Positions 39,395 to 50,565 are shown, counted from the stretch's first letter. The stretch is DNA of 64,000 nt from Pseudomonadota bacterium (GCA_038134595.1 JAYPVM010000007.1:64001-128000); one strand, 5' to 3'. Notes: generated by a model not told the origin, from the sequence alone. Translations and numbers: made by a program.

Positions 39395-40429
39395 ATGAAC
39401 GACAAGAAAAATATTACCACCAATACCTACTGCGACGACACAACAGGACATATCGACACAGTCTCCTACGGAAAGGGCATTCTTGAAGAACAAATAGGTG
39501 CACTTACGCGCGTTGCCAGCTCACTCGACGACTCCTTCGCACATGCAGTTTCTGTACTTCTGCACCGACAGCCCGGCGCGCGAATAGTTGTATCTGGTAT
39601 GGGAAAAGCTGGTTTTGTAGGAATGAAGTTCTCCGCAACCCTTGCAAGCGTTGGTTGCCCCAGTTTTTTTCTTCATCCAGCTGACGCTATTCACGGCGAC
39701 CTCGGAAGACTTCACCCCGAAGACATTACAATTCTCTTCTCTCACTCAGGCGAAACTGATGAGATCAATCGCCTCTTGCCACGTATTAAAAGTTTTGGTG
39801 CAAAAACTATCGCTATCACAGCTAGTGCATCATCTACACTCGGGGCTCACAGTGATATTGTCATTGCAATCGGCAAGATCTCTGAAGCAGGTCCCCTGCA
39901 ACTAGCGCCAACTACGAGCACAACGGTGATGCTTGCATTAAGCGACGCACTCGCGATGACGCTTCTAAGGCAGAAGGGATTTAGCAAGGAGGAGTACGCC
40001 CGCTTTCATCCCGGTGGTGACTTAGGGCGCTCTTTGATGCTTATCTCTGAAGTTATGCGTGCTAATGACGAGCTTTGTATTGTCAAGGAATCAGAGTCTA
40101 CAAAAGACACTCTTCAAGCTATTACACAAACTAAGGGGCGTCCTGGCGGAGCGGCCGTAGTAGATGCAACAGGTTCTCTTGTTGGCGTGTTCACCGATGG
40201 GGATTTAAGAAGACATCTGGAGGCTGGTGTAGCATTTCTTTCAAAGCCTATCGGTGAGGTCTGCTCGCGCTCGCCGATCTCCCTTCCCTCAAACCACCTA
40301 GCTCAAGAGGCGTGCAGGATTATACAGGAACGAGAGATCGACCAGCTGTTTATCACAAACGAGCGTAACGAACCGGTGGGCATGGTAGACATTCAAGATC
40401 TCCTCGCCATCGGTATGATTAGGCCATAA
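39395..40429 (+). CDS. kdsD: Arabinose-5-phosphate isomerase (KpsF/GutQ family)
   Basis: SGMGKAG, FLHPADAIHGDLG, SHSGET, LAPTTSTT, FHPGG.LG, two CBS domains (TDGDLRR). Confidence 0.93.
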   Translation: MNDKKNITTNTYCDDTTGHIDTVSYGKGILEEQIGALTRVASSLDDSFAHAVSVLLHRQPGARIVVSGMGKAGFVGMKFSATLASVGCPSFFLHPADAIHGDLGRLHPEDITILFSHSGETDEINRLLPRIKSFGAKTIAITASASSTLGAHSDIVIAIGKISEAGPLQLAPTTSTTVMLALSDALAMTLLRQKGFSKEEYARFHPGGDLGRSLMLISEVMRANDELCIVKESESTKDTLQAITQTKGRPGGAAVVDATGSLVGVFTDGDLRRHLEAGVAFLSKPIGEVCSRSPISLPSNHLAQEACRIIQEREIDQLFITNERNEPVGMVDIQDLLAIGMIRP

Positions 40430-40454
40430 CACCCTTTTGGCGAGTAAACTCGAT

Positions 40455-41582
40455 CTACGCAGTAGGCAACGACACCGTATGTACAGTTAATGTACCGTCT
40501 AGTACAGCAAGGGTAAGAGATTTATTGTCTGCCTTAAGAACCACTACATCCATAATAGTCTTAGAATCTTTTTGAGTATAGAGAGGGGTAAAGGACGCCT
40601 GCTTGCTGCCTTCTGAATCCCCCAGAGACACTAGTCCTATCTCTTTGCTACCCAACACCACAAGATACTCGCCACCTTTGTACGAAATCGGATTAAACTC
40701 AGTAAAATTATAGTTCGAATCACTCTTGGCAATAATCTCTAGACGAAATCGTGCGGTAGCAGTCTCCCTTGAGAGAAGGCTTATCCTACCCTGTGCAATC
40801 TTGCCGTAATTAGAGTGCCATCCGTCCCCGATAACGATGCGATTTTCACCAAGAATACGAACTCCCCTGACACCACGATACGAGGGCAACAGTGTTTGCG
40901 CGCCATTACGAATCAAAAGCACGTCGCCATCGGCACCCTGTATATCGCCGTACGATCTCCCCACCACTTTCATATCACCGAGGCAATCAAAGGAACTACC
41001 CATCCGAATAGAGCTCTGCTCCTTAAAGTCATAGGTGCCATCATCCTTTGAAACAAGGTACCCGATAGAATTAAAATACTTTGAATTAAAAAAATCGATC
41101 CAGATATCTTCTCCACATCTCTTTAAACCTGTAACCTCCGCTCTAGGGCTTTGCTTCTCAAACAAAAGTGTTGCAGTCTTGGCATCGCTCGAGATGCTAT
41201 AGATTCTAATCGGGGCATTACGGTCGTTGATTCCAGCGCCCGTTGCTACGAGATATCCCTCTCGGTCCACAGAGACCTTCGATACCGCGCCCTGCACCGT
41301 GACGGTGGCCCGCTCATGTAAAGCAGTAGATCCGTGCAAGTCATAGAACACGAGACTGTTACGTCCACCATCAAAAGCAATTAATTCGCCCGCATTACCT
41401 GCAAAAAGCGTCGTAATACTCGGCGAATTAACGCCTCTACTTTTGGTTGCGTCAAAAGCTGTCTCTGCGCTGGCAGAGACAGGCACACACACGAAGCAAA
41501 GAACCAACACACTCCTGAGCACTCTGACTATATTACCTACACAGATCATCTTCATCGCTCCACATAGTCTATCTCTATTCAC
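40455..41582 (-). CDS. Secreted hypothetical protein, beta-rich (propeller-like)
   Basis: Signal-peptide-like segment ending ASA; beta-strand-rich; start overlaps ampG stop. Confidence 0.7.
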   Translation of the reverse strand: MNRDRLCGAMKMICVGNIVRVLRSVLVLCFVCVPVSASAETAFDATKSRGVNSPSITTLFAGNAGELIAFDGGRNSLVFYDLHGSTALHERATVTVQGAVSKVSVDREGYLVATGAGINDRNAPIRIYSISSDAKTATLLFEKQSPRAEVTGLKRCGEDIWIDFFNSKYFNSIGYLVSKDDGTYDFKEQSSIRMGSSFDCLGDMKVVGRSYGDIQGADGDVLLIRNGAQTLLPSYRGVRGVRILGENRIVIGDGWHSNYGKIAQGRISLLSRETATARFRLEIIAKSDSNYNFTEFNPISYKGGEYLVVLGSKEIGLVSLGDSEGSKQASFTPLYTQKDSKTIMDVVVLKADNKSLTLAVLDGTLTVHTVSLPTA

Positions 41583-42907
41583 ACCTCGTTATCTCTGACC
41601 TGTATCGGAACTATAGGAATTAGACACATTGCAGGGATCGATAAGATAAAGGCCCCGATATACAGGTTAGTATATCCCATGTATTCAACTATCCGACCAG
41701 CCTCTCCGCCTATCACGGTGCCTGGAATCGACATAATAGCGCTACCGATTGCATAATGCGTAGCTCGAAATTTTGGAGAACAGGTCGAGAGGAGAAATAC
41801 CAACAAAGCCGCGCTCCCTAAACCCGCCGCTATCTGTTCAACACCATGCACGAAACATACAATCAGCTCTCCTTGCGTTGTTGTAGGATCGGGCTTTGCA
41901 ACTGAGAGCCAGACATACAGCCATATCGTCACATTCATCAAAACACTGAGCGGCCACAAGGCTCTTCGAAGCCCAACACGATGGATCCACCATCCACCGA
42001 CCATCGCTCCAAGAATCGTTCCGGCCGCTCCCACTATACCCGCGATCCAGGCATACTGCTCTGTACTAATACCTATCTCCCGGAGTAAAAACGGCGACAC
42101 CATTGAAAACAGCACCTCATCCCCAAGCTTATACAAAACAATAAACAACAAAATAATTCCAATCCTAGGTTGCGATAGATACGAACGAAAGCCATTAACA
42201 GAGACCTTTAACCCCCTCTGCAAGATATTCTGAGCATCGAGATTTTGCGACTCTTTACGGGGAAGTATCACCGCGTGAAACAACGCACACGCCATCATTA
42301 CCACTCCAGCTATACAGAATGCAGGAACCCATGCGTACGCGGAGTTGGTGCCCCATGAGAATCGAGCCGCCACATAGGCAACAACTCCTACAAGACCACT
42401 TCTTGCAAAAACCATCGCCAAACGATACGCCAAGACTCTATATCCAGAATAAAGTGCTTGTGTACTCTGAGACGGCAAAGCCTCCAAATAATAGCCATCT
42501 ATCGCGATGTCGTTTGAAGCCGCAAGGAAGGCTAAAACGATAAATGTAATCGCAATCCAAAACAGATAACTGCTAGGGTCTGCAGCCGATCCTGCACAGT
42601 ACGATAGATATGCAAGAAGAAGCGTTCCTACACCTATAAGGGCTTGCAGAGCTATCTGCCAGATTCGTTTACTCCCGCATGCATCGACAAACGGCGCCCA
42701 TAGAAATTTAAAGTTCCACGGCAAGCCAAGATAATTAAGATATCCTAAATAGAGCTCACGCACCCCCATCTGCGTAAAGTAGAGGCTCGAAAGTATCCGC
42801 ACTATCATAAACGGCAATCCCTCGGCAAAATAGGTCGTGTTGACCCACATAAGGGTTTTGCCGTCTAAGGCTTCTTTCGATTTCACGCAGCTCCTCTCTG
42901 ATAGCAA
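41579..42907 (-). CDS. ampG: AmpG-family muropeptide MFS permease
   Basis: YFAEGLP, LPWNFKFLWAPFVD, ASNDIAIDGY, FIVLYKLGD, ATHYAI. Confidence 0.85.
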   Translation of the reverse strand: MLSERSCVKSKEALDGKTLMWVNTTYFAEGLPFMIVRILSSLYFTQMGVRELYLGYLNYLGLPWNFKFLWAPFVDACGSKRIWQIALQALIGVGTLLLAYLSYCAGSAADPSSYLFWIAITFIVLAFLAASNDIAIDGYYLEALPSQSTQALYSGYRVLAYRLAMVFARSGLVGVVAYVAARFSWGTNSAYAWVPAFCIAGVVMMACALFHAVILPRKESQNLDAQNILQRGLKVSVNGFRSYLSQPRIGIILLFIVLYKLGDEVLFSMVSPFLLREIGISTEQYAWIAGIVGAAGTILGAMVGGWWIHRVGLRRALWPLSVLMNVTIWLYVWLSVAKPDPTTTQGELIVCFVHGVEQIAAGLGSAALLVFLLSTCSPKFRATHYAIGSAIMSIPGTVIGGEAGRIVEYMGYTNLYIGAFILSIPAMCLIPIVPIQVRDNEV

Positions 42908-43022
42908 CTAGATGACGTTCTCGACAAACAACGAGTAGAGTTAGAAAAATCTAAGCGAATATCAGGGCGAGCGCAATACGTGATACCCCAAGAGAGGGTC
43001 ACATAGCGGGTGGGAGAAAATC

Positions 43023-44462
43023 CTAGAACTTTCCCCAAATATACTGATTAGTCACCTCGTGATGATACAAGACCTCGCTGGTCTTAACAGCGGTACCCAA
43101 CTCTCGCGCACAGCGATCAGCAGAGGCCTGCTTTCGCTCCACGTATTTTTCTTTAGCATCACTCCCCAGAACCTCTGTCATCCAATCGCTCGACTTAAAC
43201 TGCCTCAAGGCATCATTGATATTTCCTGGAAGAAATCTTGTTCGTGAACGTCGGTTTTCATTGATATCCTGCTCATTTTTCGGGCCGTACAATCCGGTCT
43301 GTAAAATCGCCAAGAATACCATGTACGGATTTGCGTCGGGAGCTACGGTTCGCACCTCTATGCGCGCCGACTTTTCATTGCCTAATGGAATACGAACCAT
43401 CGATGTCCGGTCAACCGCCGATGAGCGGATCTGATTAGGCGCTTCAAAGTTTGGATCCAAACGGCGATACGAATTGACACTAGAATTCATCGTTAGGCAG
43501 ATATCGTTAGCGCTATTTAAGACTCTATCGATAAAATCCCACGCTTCAGCCGAGAGGCGTTCTTCACCGTCGGCATCATAGAACATGTTCTTACCGTTCT
43601 GTGACAGCGATATGTTCGTGTGCATCCCACTGCCGTTTATTCCCGCGATGGGTTTTGGCAAAAACGATGCTGTCATACCTAGTTTGGCTGCAATCTGTCG
43701 AGCCGTAAGCTTATAAAGCTGAACTTGATCGGCCGCCAGGAGCGCATCGGTATAGCTGTAATTTAGTTCAAACTGAGCCGGTGCTACCTCTGGATGATCC
43801 TTTTCATTTTCAAAGGCCATCGCTCGTTGCGCTTCAGCTAAAGAGTCCATAAAACATCGGAGAGGATCTCCTGGCAATGAGTGATAATAGCCACTTCCCG
43901 ACACAAGATCAAAACCTGCACGCTCATTAAAATTTTGCTCGGCGCGTCCACCTTGAAAGAGAAAACCTTCACACTCAACCGCGATATTCGCCGTAATCCC
44001 CCGTTGATCTCGCAGATCATCGCAAAGCTCCTTGAGACGTCCTCGCATGTCAGAGCCGTATCCTCTTCCATCACGATCTTTTATGAGACTAAACACAAGC
44101 ACCTTACCAGGGCCAAATATATCTGAAGGCATCCAGCGAAATGAGCCCCAGTCTATCTCAAGCCGTAGATCGGACTCTTTCACAACCGAAAAGCCCCGTA
44201 TCGAAGAGCCATCAAAGGTCAAATTGTCATACGACTTCAGCAGAAACTTCTTGTCGTAATCAAGCATATGGAAACGACCCTCAATATCAGAAAAACATAC
44301 CGTAACGGCCTTAATTCGCTTCTCTTCCTCAAGGTATCCGAGGTAGTGCTCCCGTAGTTCGTCGCAACTTGCACCACCCAAAACTCTCTGTTTAGCCTCT
44401 AGATTTAGCTGCTCTAATTCATCATAAGAAATTTCAAGAAAACTTCGTAAGTTGCTGTTCAT
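43023..44462 (-). CDS. glnA: Glutamine synthetase type I
   Basis: FDGSSI, HPEVAPAQFELN, FLPKP, NGSGMH, NSYRRL..FEAP, RIEVR...ANPY; ATG 44462 with GAGGTG RBS. Confidence 0.88.
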   Translation of the reverse strand: MNSNLRSFLEISYDELEQLNLEAKQRVLGGASCDELREHYLGYLEEEKRIKAVTVCFSDIEGRFHMLDYDKKFLLKSYDNLTFDGSSIRGFSVVKESDLRLEIDWGSFRWMPSDIFGPGKVLVFSLIKDRDGRGYGSDMRGRLKELCDDLRDQRGITANIAVECEGFLFQGGRAEQNFNERAGFDLVSGSGYYHSLPGDPLRCFMDSLAEAQRAMAFENEKDHPEVAPAQFELNYSYTDALLAADQVQLYKLTARQIAAKLGMTASFLPKPIAGINGSGMHTNISLSQNGKNMFYDADGEERLSAEAWDFIDRVLNSANDICLTMNSSVNSYRRLDPNFEAPNQIRSSAVDRTSMVRIPLGNEKSARIEVRTVAPDANPYMVFLAILQTGLYGPKNEQDINENRRSRTRFLPGNINDALRQFKSSDWMTEVLGSDAKEKYVERKQASADRCARELGTAVKTSEVLYHHEVTNQYIWGKF

Positions 44463-44595
44463 ATCACACCTCAAAAAAAGACACGCTAACCCTATCATGC
44501 CCTACTTTAGGTTAGTTTGACACCGATTTAATCTTACGATGCTAAAACTTACATTAAGGAGCGTCGTATTTAAGCTCCAATAAGTCATTGGGCAT

Positions 44596-45702
44596 TCAAC
44601 CCGTAGTCAACAAAACATCTAGCTCACGCCCACTCTCAGCATCCAAAAACTCTATTCGTTTTATATGCTTAAGAGCGTTTCGATCCAAAGCGGCACGCAA
44701 ACCCGCAAAGAACTTTTGCTTCGCAAACGGAGGCATCTTATCCATCGGAAAGTCTTTGAAGAACAAAACAACTGTTGAATCCCCCTTCTCTGCATGCCGT
44801 ACCAGCTTTGGCCCCGCCACAGGATTATCTCGAACCTCCCCTACAAACCCCTCGATACCACCAGAAGCCGCACCCGAATTGCGTTGGTCTACCTTTGCAG
44901 CCTGACCACCCTCTCCTGATTCGACCAAAGACAAGGAGCTTACAAACGAGGAGAAGCGAGCCCGCGCTTCATCAGAGGGAGCAAGCGCCAGCGCCTCATC
45001 TCCGATGGCCTTCGCAATCTTTATGTCACCTTTTTGAGCGTAGGTTATGGCGAGGTACGCCTTAGCAGGAAAATTCTTTGGTTCCACTTGAAGTACCTTT
45101 TCAAGCTCTCCCACCGAGTCGTCATACTGACCTAGAAATGTAAGGGTGCTTGCATATCGAGCTCTTGCTCCGAGATCTTCGGGAGACACCTCTAAATAGC
45201 GCTTGTAAAAATCAAGTGCTTTCGTAAAAGCCTTCTGATCAAATGAAACATCTGCCATTAACACGAGAGCCAAGGGGTCTTTAGGCTCTTGTTGTAAAAT
45301 ACGGCCGAATACCTCAATACCCTCAAAAACAAGCTCAGATGGCGCTTGTGGGTTGCTACGAAGCTCATCTCCTAGCATGCCCGCAAACATCTTTAACTTC
45401 TGCATGTCATTAGGAGACTCTTTAACTGTCTGGCGCATCGCCGCTAATTGCGGGGTCTCTCGCCTATCGTTGCTTGCGGTTTTTTGCGGCATCGCAGGAT
45501 GACTCTTCGGTCGCTTCGTTCCACTATGAACTCTAGCCTGGAGCATCCACCCACCAAACCCGAGTGCGGCCGCTATGACAACAGCGAGGATGTATTGCTT
45601 TCGAGAGCGCTCTGTTACCGATCTACCACATCGAGGACAAAACCTACTCTCTGAGTCCAGAGAGTTATTACACTTTCTACATACCGCTACAGCTTCATTC
45701 AT
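44596..45702 (-). CDS. Zinc-ribbon + TM + TPR protein
   Basis: CRKC...FCPRCG, one TM helix, TPR helices (ALDFYKRYLEVSPED, LEKVLQVEPKN). Confidence 0.78.
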   Translation of the reverse strand: MNEAVAVCRKCNNSLDSESRFCPRCGRSVTERSRKQYILAVVIAAALGFGGWMLQARVHSGTKRPKSHPAMPQKTASNDRRETPQLAAMRQTVKESPNDMQKLKMFAGMLGDELRSNPQAPSELVFEGIEVFGRILQQEPKDPLALVLMADVSFDQKAFTKALDFYKRYLEVSPEDLGARARYASTLTFLGQYDDSVGELEKVLQVEPKNFPAKAYLAITYAQKGDIKIAKAIGDEALALAPSDEARARFSSFVSSLSLVESGEGGQAAKVDQRNSGAASGGIEGFVGEVRDNPVAGPKLVRHAEKGDSTVVLFFKDFPMDKMPPFAKQKFFAGLRAALDRNALKHIKRIEFLDAESGRELDVLLTTG

Positions 45703-45826
45703 CACCAAACCGTTCCTCTCTCTCCCGTTGCGGGGCTTCTTTACTCTAAATAACAATTTCGCTTTCTAACATCAGCCGCGTCTAGAACGTCGGCATGTTT
45801 AATCAAATTAGCCAAAAAAAATCCAT

Positions 45827-45836
45827 CCCCCCCCCC
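45827..45836. repeat. C10 homopolymer (preceded by A8 at 45814-45821) in divergent promoter region
   Basis: gccaaaaaaaatccatcccccccccctctg. Confidence 0.85.
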
Positions 45837-46020
45837 TCTGGCTGCACTAGACTACTCGAAACGCTTCAAACAGAACAGCGTTTAGCGTAATACTGCCATT
45901 TCCTTGACACTTACCTGCATCTAGTTGCTCTCTATCCGCATCAGTTAGTTGTAGACCCTAATAAATACGTAGTAAAACTAACCAGAAGTAAGTTTTAGGG
46001 CATTTTGTAGTAGGAGTACC

Positions 46021-47031
46021 GTGAACACCACATCTAATACAATACGAATCCCCCGGAATAGAGCCCCCGAGAGCATCTCTCTTGTAATACCATGTTACAA
46101 CGAAGAAGACGTCCTTCCAGAGCTACGTCGCCGCTTACAGGAGCTCGTGGCTCAGTACAGTTGTCCCGTTGAAGTCGTGCTTATCGACGATGGAAGCAAA
46201 GACCAAACGTGGAACATGATAAATCAATACGCGACAGAAGATAGCTTTATCAAGGCCATTCGCTTATCAAGAAACTTTGGACACCAAACCGCAATAACCT
46301 GCGGACTCGATCAGACTCGGGGCGAGGTGGTCGTAATTCTTGATGCAGACCTACAAGACCCGCCTGAACTTATTCCAGACATGATCAAAGAATGGTCTGA
46401 TGGATACGACGTTGTCTACGGCCAAAGAAAGAAGCGCGCCGGAGAATCATTATCAAAGAAGTTTTTTGCATTTGCGTTCTATCGCATCTTTGAAAAAATT
46501 GCAGGCTTACAGGTCCCAAAAGATACCGGGGACTTTCGTCTCATGGACAGACGGGCTGTTGATGCACTACAGTCTTTACGCGAACGCCATCGATTCGTTC
46601 GAGGGATGGTGTCTTGGATAGGATACCACCAGAAAGCCTTGCAATACGACAGACCTGAGCGCTTTGCTGGGGTTACAAAATACCCTTTCCGAAAATCACT
46701 CTTCTTGGCTATTGATGCAATTACATCATTTACCTACGCACCACTTCGACTCGCTTCATACTTAGGAGTTGCCACATCTGCCTTAGCGTTTCTCTATATC
46801 TTTGTAGTGTTGTTCTTAAAAGTTCTAGGGATTAACTTTCCGGGTTATACATCTATCATGGCTTCGATACTACTCCTTGGAGGGGTTCAATTAACAGTCT
46901 TGGGGATTCTAGGAGAATACGTTGGAAGGATCTTCGAGCAGGGACAGCAACGTCCGCTCTATCTTGTCGACCAAATCAACGGAGAACCTCTTGAGAACGA
47001 GTCTGGGTCGAGGATAGAGGCCTGCCAGTAA
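46021..47031 (+). CDS. GT2 undecaprenyl-phosphate glycosyltransferase, GtrB/ArnC-like
   Basis: VIPCYNEE, IDDGS, LSRNFGHQ, DADLQDPPE, GDFRLMDR, RFVRG, two C-terminal TMs, GEYVGRI, RPLY. Confidence 0.92.
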   Translation: MNTTSNTIRIPRNRAPESISLVIPCYNEEDVLPELRRRLQELVAQYSCPVEVVLIDDGSKDQTWNMINQYATEDSFIKAIRLSRNFGHQTAITCGLDQTRGEVVVILDADLQDPPELIPDMIKEWSDGYDVVYGQRKKRAGESLSKKFFAFAFYRIFEKIAGLQVPKDTGDFRLMDRRAVDALQSLRERHRFVRGMVSWIGYHQKALQYDRPERFAGVTKYPFRKSLFLAIDAITSFTYAPLRLASYLGVATSALAFLYIFVVLFLKVLGINFPGYTSIMASILLLGGVQLTVLGILGEYVGRIFEQGQQRPLYLVDQINGEPLENESGSRIEACQ

Positions 47032-47065
47032 TCAAAAACAGAGCACCCTACCAGAAGGAAATCAA

Positions 47066-48442
47066 ATGGAATCAAAAGAAAAGGAAGTCATTATTGTAGG
47101 CGCAGGATATACCGGACTTTCAGCTGCCTTCGATCTCTGCAAGGCAGGTTATCAGGTAACTATCTATGAGGCAGACTCTGATATTGGCGGATTAGCAGGA
47201 ACGTTCGAACTCTCACCTGGAGTGAGAGTTGAAAAATTCTACCACCATTGGTTTACATCGGACGTTGACGTATTAGGACTCATTGATGAGCTAGGCTTGA
47301 GCCACTTAAAGCAGTACCACTCATCTAATACCGGCCTCTACTACACCAACTCAATATTTCGGCTTGCGAGCCCACTCGACCTCTTAACGTTCTCCCCCCT
47401 GCCTCTTATCGACAGAATCCGTACGGGATTCATGGCGCTCTACGCCCGTCGAGTAAATGACTGGAAGAGTTTAGAGGACATCTCAGCCAAGGACTGGTTA
47501 GTCAAATACGGGGGCCAAAAAGCGTACGACAGCATTTGGAATCCTCTTATGCAAGGAAAATTCGGTGTTGAATCCGACAACGTCTCTGCGGTTTGGATTT
47601 GGAACAAGCTAAAATTGCGTGGCTCCAGCCGCGACAAAAAGGGAGGAGAAAGTCTCGTTTACTTTGGCGGCGGATTCGGGGCACTCACCGACGGCATCAA
47701 GAAGGCTCTCGAAGATATGGGAGTTGCTATTCACCTCAACACACCCGTAGAATCAATTATTGTAGAAAATGGTCGTGCTACGGGAGTTAAAACCTCTCAT
47801 GGGATTTGCAAAGCTGACGCAGTGCTTTCAACTATTCCACTACCGCAATTCTTGCAAATGACACCCGATCTCCCTGAATCCTTTCGCGCTCAATGCGAGA
47901 AGATTCGTTTTCTTGGAAACAGTTGCCTCGTATTGCGACTATCGCGTTCGCTGTCGAGCACCTACTGGCTCAACGTCGCAGATCCGAGTTTTCCATTTGT
48001 CGGTATCATCGAACATACTAATCTCGATTCAAAAGAGAATTACAACGGCGATCATATCGTGTACCTCTCGAAATACCTCCCGACATCTGAGGAGCTCTTT
48101 TCATTCACGCCCGATCAAATGCTGGAGTATTGCATCCCGTTTATTCAAAAAATATTTCCAGAATTTGACCCCGCTTGGATACTTTCGCACCACGTATGGA
48201 AAGCGCATTACAGTCAACCTGTTATTACAAAACACTACGCCTCCTCTATCCCTTCCCTAAACACCCCAGTAAAGAACCTTTGGCTCTGCACGATGGCGCA
48301 AATCTATCCTGAAGACCGAGGAACAAACTATGCCGTTCGTTATGGGCGAAAAGTTGCAAGAGATATGATGCATAGCCTGTCCGAACAAATCCCCTCAACA
48401 GGATCAGAACAACCCCTTATTCGAAGTAGCAATGGAGTATAA
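47066..48442 (+). CDS. FAD-dependent oxidoreductase (amine oxidase/protoporphyrinogen oxidase-like fold, glycosylation-locus type)
   Basis: IVGAGYTGL, GGLAGTF, EKFYHHWF, YWLNV, QIYPEDRGTNYAV. Confidence 0.85.
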   Translation: MESKEKEVIIVGAGYTGLSAAFDLCKAGYQVTIYEADSDIGGLAGTFELSPGVRVEKFYHHWFTSDVDVLGLIDELGLSHLKQYHSSNTGLYYTNSIFRLASPLDLLTFSPLPLIDRIRTGFMALYARRVNDWKSLEDISAKDWLVKYGGQKAYDSIWNPLMQGKFGVESDNVSAVWIWNKLKLRGSSRDKKGGESLVYFGGGFGALTDGIKKALEDMGVAIHLNTPVESIIVENGRATGVKTSHGICKADAVLSTIPLPQFLQMTPDLPESFRAQCEKIRFLGNSCLVLRLSRSLSSTYWLNVADPSFPFVGIIEHTNLDSKENYNGDHIVYLSKYLPTSEELFSFTPDQMLEYCIPFIQKIFPEFDPAWILSHHVWKAHYSQPVITKHYASSIPSLNTPVKNLWLCTMAQIYPEDRGTNYAVRYGRKVARDMMHSLSEQIPSTGSEQPLIRSSNGV

Positions 48443-48444
48443 CC

Positions 48445-50505
48445 ATGAGTAAAAAGTCAAAAGAGCAATCGCCTACAGAGCCTCAAGAATGTATGTCTGC
48501 AGACACAGCAGACACATGGTGCAGCTATTTTACTCCCATGCAGTGGGTCTTGTTTGGGCTAGTCGTTGCTGGAGGACTTCTCTTACGGTGGGTAATGCTT
48601 GACGCTCGGCCCTACCATCACGACGAATCGCTACACGGAATGTACGGACGATACTTCTATGATTTTCCAAACGCTAATTACTACAAGTATGACCCTATGT
48701 TGCACGGGCCAATGCTTTATAACTGCATGCGTTTGATTTACGCGATGTTTGGAGACTCTCTGTGGGCAGCAAGAACTCCGGTAGCCATTCTTGGATCTCT
48801 ATTTATGCTCGCGCCGTTTGTATTTCGAAGTTACTTCAGTAAAACAACTACTCTTGTTCTAACGGCCACAACAGCGCTCTCTCCAACTCTAATCTACTGG
48901 TCTCGGTTCCTTCGCAATGAAGCGTGGGTGCTTTCGGGTATGCTCATTACCGCATATGGATTTCTACTCGCTCCGCGGCGCCTCAAGGCTCTTCTTGTGC
49001 TCTTCGGTGTTACGATCCAGTGGTGTTCTAAAGAAAACATCTTTGTATCTATTGCTATTTTAGTGGGCTATCTTCTTTTCGATTTTGGCTATGTTTCACT
49101 CTTTACCCAACAAACAAAGAGCATGCTCGAAAAAATATTTCGCTACATCGCTCAGAATCCGACACTGTGTGTTGTTAGCTTTCTCGCGTGCTTTACCGTA
49201 TTTGCTTGGTTCTACGGTGCTGGATTTAGATATCCTAAGGGCATTTGGGAGGGCGCTGGCCCTAAAGCAATCGAGTACTGGGGAAAGCATCACGGCATGG
49301 AGCGAATCAAAGGCCCCTTTAACTTTCATATTTATGTGACCGCCTGGTATGAGTTTCCATTTTTCATCGCCTTTTTGGCTCACCTCTTCCTTTTCTACAA
49401 GAACGCCACCTCACAGATACAATATGCCGCCGGGCTACTCATTACCATCCTGATTCTCACCCTGATGGTAACGACCAACGAGAGCTTTACTACAAACCCG
49501 GTGTGGTTGTTCTTTAAGCTTAAAAACAATCTCGATGTTGTAGGACTTTTTGTCTTATTATTTCACGCCCCGCTGGTTACCGTTCAACACAGACTGCGAA
49601 ATGAGAATGCACTTGCTGGTACAGGCTACTTCTTTACAGCGACATTCTTTGTATACAGCTACCTCGGTGAAAAAGTCCCGTGGCTTTCGGTTTATCCCCT
49701 TGCCTTCGGGATTCCATACCTAGGATTGTTTTTTCAAGAGCACTTTAAGCGTTCTTCGTTTAACTACAAGCAATACCCGGTTACTAAAGCACTTCTATGG
49801 AGTGGTATCGGCTCATCTATCCTTGGAGTACTATTTATCCTAGAACAATGGGGAGCTGAAAAAGAACGATTTTCCGGAGAGAATCTTTCTTTTGTAATTT
49901 TTGGCGCTGGACTCACAGCGATGGCACTCATAGGGATCATATCTTCAAACAATGACGATTCAGAACAACCGCTTTTTGGACATCTTCACCTTGGAAAGTG
50001 TCTTGCAACCATAAGCGTTTTGTTTCTGGTTCGAGCCAGTATTCAAACCAATTTCCTCTACGCAGGAAAAGAAACAGAATACTTAAGCCAAGTTCACACG
50101 ACCTATGAAATGGCAGAATATGCAAAACAAATGGTCGATGAAGCTACCTATATGAGACATGGCTTTAAGCCCCAGATATATGCAACCGGAGAGTCGACAT
50201 GGCCGCTGACCTGGTATTTTCGAAACATTCCGCAACAATACAAATTCAATCTCAAAGACAAATCTAAGATCAATGAATTTGCATATATCTTTCTCTCATG
50301 GAAGAAAAAGCATGATCCATCAGAGATTCCAGCCGGATACATTCAGAAACAGATAAATCTTCGAGGATGGTGGGTCCCCGACTTTAAGCAGGTATCTCTT
50401 AAAAAGTTTTTGCGGTACTCGATAAATCATTATCCTTGGAGTGGTACGGGATTTTCATATGCAACTCTGCTGATTGCCAAGGATATGGAGCGATTTAGAA
50501 AGTAG
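48445..50505 (+). CDS. TIGR03663-like GT-C membrane protein (Agl23-related family)
   Basis: RPYHHDESLHG, YKYDPMLHGP, SPTLIYWSRFLRNE, KEN, GEKVPWL, TWPLTWYFR, LRGWW. Confidence 0.78.
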   Translation: MSKKSKEQSPTEPQECMSADTADTWCSYFTPMQWVLFGLVVAGGLLLRWVMLDARPYHHDESLHGMYGRYFYDFPNANYYKYDPMLHGPMLYNCMRLIYAMFGDSLWAARTPVAILGSLFMLAPFVFRSYFSKTTTLVLTATTALSPTLIYWSRFLRNEAWVLSGMLITAYGFLLAPRRLKALLVLFGVTIQWCSKENIFVSIAILVGYLLFDFGYVSLFTQQTKSMLEKIFRYIAQNPTLCVVSFLACFTVFAWFYGAGFRYPKGIWEGAGPKAIEYWGKHHGMERIKGPFNFHIYVTAWYEFPFFIAFLAHLFLFYKNATSQIQYAAGLLITILILTLMVTTNESFTTNPVWLFFKLKNNLDVVGLFVLLFHAPLVTVQHRLRNENALAGTGYFFTATFFVYSYLGEKVPWLSVYPLAFGIPYLGLFFQEHFKRSSFNYKQYPVTKALLWSGIGSSILGVLFILEQWGAEKERFSGENLSFVIFGAGLTAMALIGIISSNNDDSEQPLFGHLHLGKCLATISVLFLVRASIQTNFLYAGKETEYLSQVHTTYEMAEYAKQMVDEATYMRHGFKPQIYATGESTWPLTWYFRNIPQQYKFNLKDKSKINEFAYIFLSWKKKHDPSEIPAGYIQKQINLRGWWVPDFKQVSLKKFLRYSINHYPWSGTGFSYATLLIAKDMERFRK

Positions 50506-50565
50506 AAAGAATATGGTGATTGAGTATTACACAATCAACGAGCTACGCCTTTTTAATCTTTATAA

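Noticed and set aside
43023..44462. GlnA lacking the adenylylation Tyr motif
   Set aside because: Normal for GSI-alpha-type enzymes
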